Shown here piece by piece: positions 30,414-39,199 of a DNA stretch of 64,000 bases. The notes below the pieces were generated by a model. That model saw only the letters and a program-made list of their open reading frames with translations. It ran no database searches and was not told where the DNA came from. This stretch comes from an uncultured Muribaculaceae bacterium. GTDB lineage: Bacteria > Bacillota_I > Bacilli_A > RF39 > UBA660. The DNA lies in contig CAYLJU010000002.1 of assembly GCA_964384115.1 (NCBI GenBank), positions 4,912 to 68,911 of the forward strand, written 5' to 3'. Each line of letters begins with the position of its first letter. The stretch's first letter is position 1. The translations under genes and the position numbers were made by a program.

Positions 30414-30689
30414 AAATCTCCCTTCATGTTAATTATATTATTTTTATATTTTTTTATGATTGATTTTAATTTTATATTTTGATTAATTATTGTTTGGAGG
30501 ATAATATTAATAAAAATTATGATTGTTTTTATGTATGAATTATATATATTTTGTTTTTATTAATGAGATAGTTGGAACAATAAATAATGTGTGGAATTTT
30601 AGGATAAATGTAACTGATATTGGAGTGGAGGTTTTATAAGTGTAAATCTTTAACGGCAACAATAAATATAATTAGTACAGTAGTTACTT

Positions 30690-30950
30690 TTTATAGTTCT
30701 ATGTTTTGTTATGCTGCTATTAATGAAGGTACTGGGATAACAGTTAATTATATTGCATAAGCAAGTATTCTTGTAGATAGTGTGATTGCAAATAATTCTA
30801 ATGTTGTAAAGGGTGTGAAATGTAAAATTATTATAAAAACTATTGATTTTTGAATAAAAATATATTAATATATGCTTATAAACGTTGATTGGAAGAGTAT
30901 AATTATTATCTATTATAGAAAGTTAATGGTTGATGGAAATTAATATAGAT
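30690..30950 (+). repeat. Copy A of a roughly 230-nt repeated element with two tandem mini-ORFs (30701..30760 and 30782..30853)
   Basis: About 70% identity with 49190..49420 including codon-phased indels; see findings. Confidence 0.5.
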
Positions 30951-31100
30951 GTAGTTAGAAAGACACCAGGAGTGCTTAGGCGAAATTAGTAGAATGAGCC
31001 GGTTAAAACCGTTATATTTAAGAGTGACTATTTTATAGTAATAAAGGTGGTACCGCGGATTAACAGTGATTCGTCCTTTTTTAGGACGACACTGTTTTTT
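30930..31100 (+). promoter_or_regulatory. T-box riboswitch leader (asnS)
   Basis: T-box consensus AAGGTGGTACCGCGG at 31044-31058, terminator hairpin + U-run, then an AGGAGG RBS. Confidence 0.7.
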
Positions 31101-31111
31101 TAGGAGGATAT

Positions 31112-32428
31112 ATGAAAATAGATGTAAAAGATTTAAAAAAATACGAAAATCAGGATATTGTTTTTGAAGGATTTGTTGATGCAATAAGAGATATTAAATG
31201 GGTTCAATTTGTAGTTTTAAGAGATAGTACTGGAAAAGTTCAAATGACAATTGAAAAATCGGATGAAAATAATAAAGAAATGGTAGAATTAATTAGTACA
31301 TTACCACTTGAAAGTACAATAAAAGTTAATTGTAAAGTTGTAATTAATCCTAATGTTAAATTAAATGGTATGGAACTAATACCTAGTAAAATAGAAGTTA
31401 CTAGTAGGAGTGAAAATGAATTACCATTTAATTATAAAGATTTAGAAAATGTTAATTTAGATACTAGATTAGATTATAGATTTATAGATTTAAGAAATGA
31501 AAAAAATATAAAAATATTTCAAATTCAAAGTAGTTTAGTAAGATATATGAGAGAATATTTATATGAACATAAATTTACAGAAATTCATACACCTAAATTA
31601 ATAGGTGCAGCTAGTGAATCTGGTTCAGAAGTTTTTGAAGTTAAATATTTTGATAGAAAAGCTTATTTAGCGCAATCACCACAATTTTATAAACAAATGG
31701 CAATAGCTAGTGGATTTGGTAGAGTATTTGAAGTCGCACCTTGTTTTAGGGCTGAAAATTCTAATACTAGTAGACATGCAACTGAATTTACAAGTTTTGA
31801 TGTGGAATTTAGTTATATTAATTCATTTGATGATGTTATGAATTTAGAGGCGGAAATGCTTGCATATGCTTTTGAAAAAATAAATATTGAATATGGTGAA
31901 GAAATTAAAAATATTTTTGGAAAGGAATTGAAAGTTCCAACATTACCATTTCCTAAAATGTCTTTAAAAGATGTATATAAAGAATTAGAAGAAAGATATG
32001 GATATACAGTTGATGAAAAAGAGAAAGTTGATTTAACAACAGAAGCTGAAAGACTTGTTTATAAGCTTGCTCAAGATAAGTTTGATCATGAATTTATGTT
32101 TATAACAGATTATCCTGCTGAAAAAAGAGCATTTTATCATATGAGAAATAAAGATGGAATTTTACAAGGATATGATTTGATTTGGAGAGGTGTTGAAATA
32201 ACTACTGGTGCCCAAAGAGAACATAGGTATGAAGAATTATGCAAAAATGCTCATGAAAAAGGTTTGGGAGAAGATGTTAAATTTTATTTAGAATTCTTTA
32301 AATATGGTTGTCCTCCACATGGTGGATTTGCTATTGGTATAGATAGATTAACTATGCTTTTATTGAATATAACTAATGTAAAAGAATCAATGTTCTTATT
32401 TAGAGGACCTAATAGATTAAATCCTTAA
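31112..32428 (+). CDS. asnS: Asparaginyl-tRNA synthetase (class IIb; archaeal-type AspRS not excluded)
   Basis: N-terminal OB fold; motif 2 'CFRAENSNTSRHATEF' (E. coli AsnRS has FRAENSNTSRHLAEF); motif 3 'GGFAIGIDRLTML'. Confidence 0.75.
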   Translation: MKIDVKDLKKYENQDIVFEGFVDAIRDIKWVQFVVLRDSTGKVQMTIEKSDENNKEMVELISTLPLESTIKVNCKVVINPNVKLNGMELIPSKIEVTSRSENELPFNYKDLENVNLDTRLDYRFIDLRNEKNIKIFQIQSSLVRYMREYLYEHKFTEIHTPKLIGAASESGSEVFEVKYFDRKAYLAQSPQFYKQMAIASGFGRVFEVAPCFRAENSNTSRHATEFTSFDVEFSYINSFDDVMNLEAEMLAYAFEKINIEYGEEIKNIFGKELKVPTLPFPKMSLKDVYKELEERYGYTVDEKEKVDLTTEAERLVYKLAQDKFDHEFMFITDYPAEKRAFYHMRNKDGILQGYDLIWRGVEITTGAQREHRYEELCKNAHEKGLGEDVKFYLEFFKYGCPPHGGFAIGIDRLTMLLLNITNVKESMFLFRGPNRLNP

Positions 32429-32552
32429 TATAGCAGAAATGCTATATTTTTTATGATTATTTTTGTAAATTAAATATAATTATTTATTTTTTGCATATAA
32501 TATTAATGCAAATTAAAATTTGCTATTTTATGTAAATGAAATTGACTTTCAT

Positions 32553-32587
32553 CATAAAATATAGTATATTATTATTGCATTTGAAGA
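32553..32587 (+). promoter_or_regulatory. Sigma-A-type promoter for the repeat RNA (TTGACT-17-TATATT)
   Basis: Read from the sequence; located just downstream of the asnS terminator (32431-32453). Confidence 0.45.
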
Positions 32588-32603
32588 AGTGCTTTAATAA
32601 GAA

Positions 32604-32710
32604 AATGTTTCTCGCTCCCGGATGGTGCGAGTAATAAATTATTCCGGGCGACAATGTTTCTCGCTCTCGGGTGGTGCGAGTAATAAATGATCCCGAGAGA
32701 AAATGTTTTG
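32604..32710 (+). ncRNA. Type III antitoxin-like RNA: 2.2 direct repeats of 49 nt, each an H-type pseudoknot
   Basis: R1 32604-32652, R2 32653-32701, partial R3 32702-32710. Stem A CTCGC/GCGAG is invariant. Stem B is CCCGGA/TCCGGG in R1 and TCTCGGG/CCCGAGA in R2 (compensatory changes). The order A-B-A'-B' gives a pseudoknot. Confidence 0.6.
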
Positions 32711-32743
32711 AAAACTTTATCTTAATGATAGAGTTTTCTTTTT
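32710..32743 (+). terminator. Rho-independent terminator between repeat RNA and toxN-like ORF
   Basis: GAAAACTTTATC-TTAAT-GATAGAGTTTTC followed by TTTTTT. Confidence 0.55.
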
Positions 32744-32771
32744 ACATATGTTATATGGGAGTTGATAATCT

Positions 32772-33263
32772 ATGAAAGTTCAAACAGGATATTTATATCA
32801 TATAAAAGATGAGTTCTTTGATGTAGTAAATGATGATAATTTAATGACTAATCATGAGCGCGGAAAAAAACGTCCGACATATTTTACGATTAAAGATGAA
32901 GATATATTATGGTTTATTCCTTTAAGTAGTAAGGTTGAAAAATATCAAAAAATTATAGATAAAAAAAATAAGAAATATTGTTTTTGAAACACTATTTTTG
33001 TTTGAAAGATATTGGAAGAAGAATCCGTTATATTATTTCAAAATGCTTTTCCTACGTTAGAAAAATATATCGATCATGTTCATACATCTAATGGAGCACC
33101 AGCAAAAGTTGGAACTTTACTTAAAAATGAAATATTGAATAATTTTAAAAATTTATTAAAACTTAAAAGTCGTGGCTATAATGTGTTTTTTACTGATATA
33201 GATAAAATTAAAAAACAAATGCTTAAAGAACTAGATAATTCAAATAAACAAAAAATCTCATAA
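32772..33263 (+). pseudogene. ToxN/AbiQ-like type III toxin gene interrupted by two in-frame TGA codons
   Basis: N-terminus 'MKVQTGYLYHIKDEFFD...KRPTYFTIKDEDILWFIPLSSK' resembles ToxN ('MKFYTISSKYIEYLKEFD...PKAFIGIVLEI..YLAPLTSPK'). ORFs 32772..32987 and 33012..33263 are in the same frame, separated by TGA (32985) and TGA (33003). Confidence 0.5.
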
Positions 33264-33273
33264 TTTTTAATTT

Positions 33274-33300
33274 TTAGCACTTTCTATTGACAAGTGCTAA
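33274..33300 (+). promoter_or_regulatory. CIRCE operator (HrcA binding site) upstream of htpG
   Basis: TTAGCACTT-N9-AAGTGCTAA, a near-perfect match to the CIRCE consensus TTAGCACTC-N9-GAGTGCTAA. Confidence 0.85.
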
Positions 33301-33349
33301 AGGCGGTGGTATAACTATATTTAGTACGAAAAAGTACAAGGAGGAATTT

Positions 33350-35230
33350 ATGAGAAAAAAAGAGTTTAAATCAGAGTCTAAAAGGTTACTAGATTTAATG
33401 ATAAATTCAATCTATACAAATAATGAAATATTTTTAAGAGAACTTATATCAAATGCTAGTGATGCTTTAGATAAATTATATTACAAGTCATTAGTTGATT
33501 CTAACATTAAAGTGAATAAAGATGACTTAAAAATAACTGTTGAAGTAGATGAAAAAAATAATACTTTATCTATTATTGATAATGGTATTGGTATGACATT
33601 AGAGGAACTTGAATCTAATTTAGGTACTATTGCTAAAAGTGGATCTTTAGTTTTTAAAGAAATGGCTGATAAAAATAAAGATATTGATATTATAGGTAAA
33701 TTTGGTGTTGGTTTTTATTCAGCATTTATGGTAAGTGATAAAGTAGAAGTATTAAGTAAGTCTATAGATAGTGATAAAGCTAATTTATGGATTAGTGAAG
33801 GTGCTGATGGTTATACAATTGGTGAAGCTAATAAAGAAACAAATGGTACAATAATTCGTTTGCACTTAAAGAAAGATACTGATGAAGAAGATTATTCACA
33901 ATATTTAAAAGAATATAAAATTAAAGAATTAGTTAAAAAATATTCTGATTATGTAAGATATCCTATTGTTATGGAATGTGAACATCAGAAGTTAAAAGAA
34001 AATAGTAAAGATTCTGAAAAGAAAGAATATGAAACAGTAAAAGAATTAGAAACATTAAATAGTATGATTCCAATATGGAAGAAAAATAAAAAAGATGTTA
34101 AAGAAGAAGAATATGATAATTATTATATAGATAAATATTATGATTATGAAAAACCTTTAAAGGTTATATCTACATCAGTAGAAGGAGCTTGTTCATATAA
34201 AGGACTTTTATTTATTCCTTCACATGCTCCATATGATTTTTATACAAAAGAATATGAAAAAGGATTGAGTTTATATTCTAATGGTATATTGATTATGGAT
34301 AAATGTAAAGAATTATTACCTGATTATTTTAGTTTTGTTAAAGGTGTTGTAGATAGTGAAGATATATCTTTAAATATTTCAAGAGAATTGTTGCAAAAAT
34401 CAAAAAATTTAAGTGTTATTGCTAAAAACATTGAAAATAAAATTAAAAAAGAATTAGAAAATATGATGGAAAATGATAGAGAAATTTATAAAAAATTCTT
34501 TAAAGCATTTGGAAATCAATTAAAATTTGGTATTTATAATGAATATGGTATGCATAAAGATGAATTGAAAGATTTAATTATGTTTAATTCATCTAAAACA
34601 AAAGATTTAATTTCATTAAAAGAATATGTTTCAAATATGGATAAAGATCAAAAAGTAATTTATTATGCTTGTGGTGAAAGTATAGATAAAATTGATTTAA
34701 TGCCACAACTTGATCAAATAAAAGATAAAAATTATGAAATATTATATTTAACTGATTATATTGATGAATTTACATTATCTGTTTTAGGAGAATATGATGG
34801 TCATAAATTTGTAAATGTCGCAAATGAAAATTTGGATTTAGAAATAACAGATGAAGTAAAAAAATATAATGAAGAAAATAAAGATTTACTTAACTTAATG
34901 AAAGATGAAATTAGTGTAAGTGAAGTAAGATTTACAAATAAACTTAAAAACCATTCAGTATGTTTAACTTCAAAAGGTAATGTTTCAATAGAAATGGAAA
35001 AAGTTATTAATGCTATGCCTACAGATGAAAGAATTAATGCTGAAAAAGTACTTGAAATCAATATGAACCATCCTATTGCTAAAAAACTTGAATCTTTATA
35101 TAAAGACAATAAAGAAGAATTAAAATCTTATGCTAAAGTTTTGTATGCTGAAGCTAGATTAATAGAAGGATTATCTATTGAAAATCCTACTGAAATAAGT
35201 AATATAATTAGTAATATTATTGCAAAATAA
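33350..35230 (+). CDS. htpG: Chaperone HtpG (Hsp90)
   Basis: 'LRELISNASDALDK', 'IGMT', 'GQFGVGFYSAFMV'-like Bergerat fold; start at the internal ATG after AAGGAGG; terminator at 35231-35256. Confidence 0.9.
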   Translation: MRKKEFKSESKRLLDLMINSIYTNNEIFLRELISNASDALDKLYYKSLVDSNIKVNKDDLKITVEVDEKNNTLSIIDNGIGMTLEELESNLGTIAKSGSLVFKEMADKNKDIDIIGKFGVGFYSAFMVSDKVEVLSKSIDSDKANLWISEGADGYTIGEANKETNGTIIRLHLKKDTDEEDYSQYLKEYKIKELVKKYSDYVRYPIVMECEHQKLKENSKDSEKKEYETVKELETLNSMIPIWKKNKKDVKEEEYDNYYIDKYYDYEKPLKVISTSVEGACSYKGLLFIPSHAPYDFYTKEYEKGLSLYSNGILIMDKCKELLPDYFSFVKGVVDSEDISLNISRELLQKSKNLSVIAKNIENKIKKELENMMENDREIYKKFFKAFGNQLKFGIYNEYGMHKDELKDLIMFNSSKTKDLISLKEYVSNMDKDQKVIYYACGESIDKIDLMPQLDQIKDKNYEILYLTDYIDEFTLSVLGEYDGHKFVNVANENLDLEITDEVKKYNEENKDLLNLMKDEISVSEVRFTNKLKNHSVCLTSKGNVSIEMEKVINAMPTDERINAEKVLEINMNHPIAKKLESLYKDNKEELKSYAKVLYAEARLIEGLSIENPTEISNIISNIIAK

Positions 35231-35252
35231 AAACCAGAATTAATCTGGTTTT

Positions 35253-35423
35253 TTAACTATATTTTTTTAATGTTTTTAATTCGCGAGCACTCATTCTTAC
35301 AGAAGTTCCGTCATCTAATGTTACTTTTTGTAAATTTACTTGTTGTTTGTGTCTAGTTGCTCTACAAGAATGTGATCTATTATTACCAAATAGAGGTGCT
35401 TTTGCTGTTAATTTTTTTGCCAT
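35253..35423 (-). CDS. rpmB: 50S ribosomal protein L28
   Basis: Minus-strand 56-aa ORF 'MAKKLTAKAPLFGNNRSHSCRATRHKQQVNLQKVTL...' is a classic L28 sequence; missing from the ORF track (<60 aa). Confidence 0.85.
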   Translation of the reverse strand: MAKKLTAKAPLFGNNRSHSCRATRHKQQVNLQKVTLDDGTSVRMSARELKTLKKYS

Positions 35424-35555
35424 ATTGTCATCTCCTTTAAGATTTTTGCGTTTGCTTTAATAACTTTAACATATTATTTTGAATAAGTCAAATATTTTGA
35501 AGCAAAATATTTAAAAATATATGATTTTATAGTAAAATTAAAGAGGAGGAAAATT

Positions 35556-38315
35556 ATGAAATATGGATCACTTAATTTGAAAAGCGATTATAGTTTACTT
35601 AGAAGTTTAATTAAAATAGATGATTTAATAAACTATGCTAAAGAAAACGATATAAATGTACTTAGTTTATGTGATGATAATCTATGTGGTTCACTTGAAT
35701 TTTATAATGCTTGTAAAAAAAATAATATTAAATGTATAATCGGATTAGAATATAATTATGAAAATGAAAAAATATATTTATTTGCTTTAAATTATAATGG
35801 ATTTAAAAATCTATTATTAATTTCTAGATATGGATTAAAATATTATGATGATATTATATTAATTGGTCATAAAAAAATAGGTGATTTTAAATTTTATAAT
35901 ATTGATGATATAAATTTTAAAGAAATAAGATCTTTGAATAAAGAAAATGAAAGTGCTTTAAAATATTTAGAAGCTATTAAAGAAAATAAAAAAATAAATG
36001 AAATAGAGAATATATCTGATGTTACTTTTGAAATAATTGATGATAAAATAACTGAAGAAATAATAGGTTTATGTAATTTAAATATAGATGAAAAACAAGA
36101 AATATTAAAATATAGTGATTCAGATTCTTATAAACTATTAAAAGAAAAAATAATAGAAGGAACAAAAAAAAAGTTTGGATCATCAATTCCTAAAATTTAT
36201 TTAGATAGAATAAAATATGAATTAGATGTAATAAATAAAATGGGATTTTGTGATTATTTTTTAATTGTTTATGATTACGTAAAATATGCTAAAGAAAATA
36301 ATATTTTAGTTGGTCCAGGAAGAGGAAGTGCAGCTGGATCACTTATTTCATATGTTTTAGATATAACAGAAGTAGATCCATTAAAATATGATTTACTATT
36401 TGAAAGATTTTTAAATATTGAAAGAGTTACAATGCCTGATATTGATATTGATTTTGAATTCGATAGAAGGGAAGAAGTAATCGAATACTGCAGAGATAAA
36501 TATGGATCTAATAGAGTAGCAAATATTATTGCTTTTGGAACATTAAAATCAAGAGCTGTTATAAGAGATTTAGCACGTGTAATGGATATTAATGAAGATG
36601 AAATTAATGTTTTAAGTAAATCATTAAATCCTATGATTTCTTTAAAAGAAAATTATGAAAATGTTAAAAAATATTTAAATAGTTATGAATTAAAAAAATT
36701 ATATAAATTAGGATTATTATTAGAAGGATTAAAACGTAATATTACAATGCATGCTGCTGGTATTGTTATGAGTAATATTGATTTAGCATTATCTGTTCCA
36801 ATGATTTATAATGGAAGTAATTATATAGCAGGATATACACCAGAATATTTGGAACAAATAGGATTACTTAAAATGGATTTTTTAGGTCTTAAAAATTTAA
36901 GTATTTTAAGAGATTCATTAAAAAAAGTAAAGGAAATAGATTCCAATTTTAATATATATAATATTCCTTTAAATGATAAAAAAACAATTGATTTATTTAA
37001 AAATGGAAATACACTTGGAATTTTTCAATTTGAATCTAGTGGAATGATTAATTTTTTGAAAAGGTTAGATGTTAATAATTTTGATGATATAGTAATTGCT
37101 AATGCATTATTTAGACCTGGTCCGGCTAATAATATTGATTTGTATATAGCGCGTAAAAAAGGAAAAGTTGTACCTGATTATTACGATGAAAGATTAAAGA
37201 GTATACTTGAACCTACTTATGGAATTATGATTTATCAAGAGCAAATAATGCAAATAGCTTCTTTAATGGCAGGATATAGTTTAGGTGAAGCTGATATTTT
37301 GAGAAGAGCTATGAGTAAAAAAAAGGATAGTGTTATGGGTGAATCCTATGAAAGATTTATTAGTGGGTCTATAAAAAATGGTTATAGTGAAGAATGTGCG
37401 AAGAAAGTTTTTGCTGATATTCGTAAATTCGCACAGTATGGATTTAATAAATCACATTCAGTTTCATATAGTTTACTTGCTTATAGAATGGCTTATATAA
37501 AAGCACATTATAAAGAATGTTTTTATGTTAGTTTACTTAGTTATTTTAATGGTGATGAAAAAATAAATAACTATATATATGAAGCTAGACTTAGTGGTAC
37601 TACTATATGTAGACCTAATATTAATATAAGTACATCTTTATATGAAGTTAATAATGAGAAAGTTTATCTTCCTTTATCGAGTGTAAAAGGAATTGGTAGT
37701 GGTTTTGTAAATAGTGTTATAGAAGAAAGAAAAAAAGGTTTATTTTTAAATATATTTGATTTTGTTAAAAGAGTAAAAGTTAATAAAAATATTTTAGAAG
37801 CTTTAATTTCTTCTGGATGTTTTGATTCATTTGAATATAATAGAAGAACAATGTTATCTAATATTGAATTGATATGTAATTATAGTGAATTAGGTGATTT
37901 AGTTGATAATACTTTTTTTGAACTTAGTAATTATGAGGAATTTACAAAAAAAGAATTAATGCTTTTAGAAAAAGAGTATTTGGGTATTAGTTTTGATAAT
38001 AGTTTGATAAATGAATATTCAATTAAATATAAAAATTCTATTAGTTTAAATGAAGTAGATAAATATTTTGATAAAGATGTTGATGTTGTTTTAATGGTTT
38101 CTAAAATAAAAAAAATAAAGGCTAAAGATAATTCTTATATGGCTTTTATTGATGGAACAGATAATATTAATAAAATTAATCTTGTTGCTTTTAAAAATGT
38201 TTATGATGATTTAAATAATATTGATGTAAATGATATTATACATGTAAATGGTCATGTTGAAAAAAGGTATAATGAGTATCAAATTGTTGTAAAAAAAATA
38301 GAAAAAATTGATTAA
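35556..38315 (+). CDS. dnaE: DNA polymerase III alpha subunit (DnaE-type)
   Basis: PHP domain N-terminus ('YSLLRS'); 'GPGRGSAAGSLISYVLDIT', 'PDIDIDF', 'GLLKMDFLGLKNL', 'FNKSHS' polymerase-core motifs. Confidence 0.88.
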   Translation: MKYGSLNLKSDYSLLRSLIKIDDLINYAKENDINVLSLCDDNLCGSLEFYNACKKNNIKCIIGLEYNYENEKIYLFALNYNGFKNLLLISRYGLKYYDDIILIGHKKIGDFKFYNIDDINFKEIRSLNKENESALKYLEAIKENKKINEIENISDVTFEIIDDKITEEIIGLCNLNIDEKQEILKYSDSDSYKLLKEKIIEGTKKKFGSSIPKIYLDRIKYELDVINKMGFCDYFLIVYDYVKYAKENNILVGPGRGSAAGSLISYVLDITEVDPLKYDLLFERFLNIERVTMPDIDIDFEFDRREEVIEYCRDKYGSNRVANIIAFGTLKSRAVIRDLARVMDINEDEINVLSKSLNPMISLKENYENVKKYLNSYELKKLYKLGLLLEGLKRNITMHAAGIVMSNIDLALSVPMIYNGSNYIAGYTPEYLEQIGLLKMDFLGLKNLSILRDSLKKVKEIDSNFNIYNIPLNDKKTIDLFKNGNTLGIFQFESSGMINFLKRLDVNNFDDIVIANALFRPGPANNIDLYIARKKGKVVPDYYDERLKSILEPTYGIMIYQEQIMQIASLMAGYSLGEADILRRAMSKKKDSVMGESYERFISGSIKNGYSEECAKKVFADIRKFAQYGFNKSHSVSYSLLAYRMAYIKAHYKECFYVSLLSYFNGDEKINNYIYEARLSGTTICRPNINISTSLYEVNNEKVYLPLSSVKGIGSGFVNSVIEERKKGLFLNIFDFVKRVKVNKNILEALISSGCFDSFEYNRRTMLSNIELICNYSELGDLVDNTFFELSNYEEFTKKELMLLEKEYLGISFDNSLINEYSIKYKNSISLNEVDKYFDKDVDVVLMVSKIKKIKAKDNSYMAFIDGTDNINKINLVAFKNVYDDLNNIDVNDIIHVNGHVEKRYNEYQIVVKKIEKID

Positions 38316-38323
38316 AAAAACTA

Positions 38324-38527
38324 TTAAAGAGATTTTTTGATAATGTCAATAATAGTTTTTTTTATTTTTTCATCTGAATTATTCCATAGTAATTCAAAAA
38401 AAACGCCTAAACCTGGAAGTGTTATTTCATCACCTTTTTTTATTGATTCTTCAATTGATTCAATCATTTCTTTTTCATTTACTTCTTTAAAATTATTTAT
38501 AATACTTTTTCTTATGTCAATATTCAT
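38324..38527 (-). CDS. Small hypothetical protein (67 aa)
   Basis: ORF-track only; charged/helical sequence. Confidence 0.25.
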   Translation of the reverse strand: MNIDIRKSIINNFKEVNEKEMIESIEESIKKGDEITLPGLGVFFELLWNNSDEKIKKTIIDIIKKSL

Positions 38528-38622
38528 ATTTCCTCCAACAATATTTTGGTATAAATTTTATAAATTATACATTGATTTTAGTATGGATGTATGATAAAAT
38601 ATATTTGAATGGAGGATACGAA

Positions 38623-39174
38623 ATGCAGTGGTGGATTATATTAATAATTGTTGTAGTTTTAATTCTTTTATGGGTTATGAATACATACAATGGTTTAGTA
38701 GCTTTAAGAAATAGAGTTAAAGATCAATGGGCTCAGATAGATGTTTTATTAAAAAGAAGATCTGATTTGATTCCTAATTTAGTAGAAACTGTAAAAGGTT
38801 ATGCAAAACATGAAAGTGGTACTTTAGAGGCTGTTATTAATGCTCGTAATAAAGCTGTTAGTGCTTCTAATGTTCATGATTCAGCTGTAGCTAATGGGGA
38901 ATTAACTCAAGCTTTAACACATCTTTTTGCTTTAAGTGAATCTTATCCTGAACTAAAAGCAAATACTAACTTTATGGATTTGCAAAACAATTTAAAAGAT
39001 ACTGAAGATAAGATTGCTAGTACACGTCAATTTTATAATGATTCTGTATTAACTTATAAAAATAAAATTGAAATGTTCCCATCTAGTATTGTTGCTTCTA
39101 TATTTGGTTTTAAACCAGAAGAATTCTTTAAAGTTGCAGATGCTGATAAAGAATTGCCAAAAGTTCAATTTTAA
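38623..39174 (+). CDS. lemA: LemA-family membrane protein
   Basis: N-terminal TM then 'NGLVALRNRVKDQWAQIDVLLKRRSDLIPNLVETVKGYAKHE' LemA signature; start at the Met after GGAGG. Confidence 0.85.
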   Translation: MQWWIILIIVVVLILLWVMNTYNGLVALRNRVKDQWAQIDVLLKRRSDLIPNLVETVKGYAKHESGTLEAVINARNKAVSASNVHDSAVANGELTQALTHLFALSESYPELKANTNFMDLQNNLKDTEDKIASTRQFYNDSVLTYKNKIEMFPSSIVASIFGFKPEEFFKVADADKELPKVQF

Positions 39175-39199
39175 CTTTTGGCTTTTTTAAGGAGATTTT

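Noticed and set aside
32980-33010. The two in-frame TGA codons could mean the organism uses genetic code 4 (TGA=Trp)
   Set aside because: All conserved Trp residues in pcrA, infB and tyrS are TGG. TGA terminates well-defined genes with ATGA stop/start overlaps (for example 14110-14113), and long standard-code ORFs are uninterrupted. This is standard code 11.
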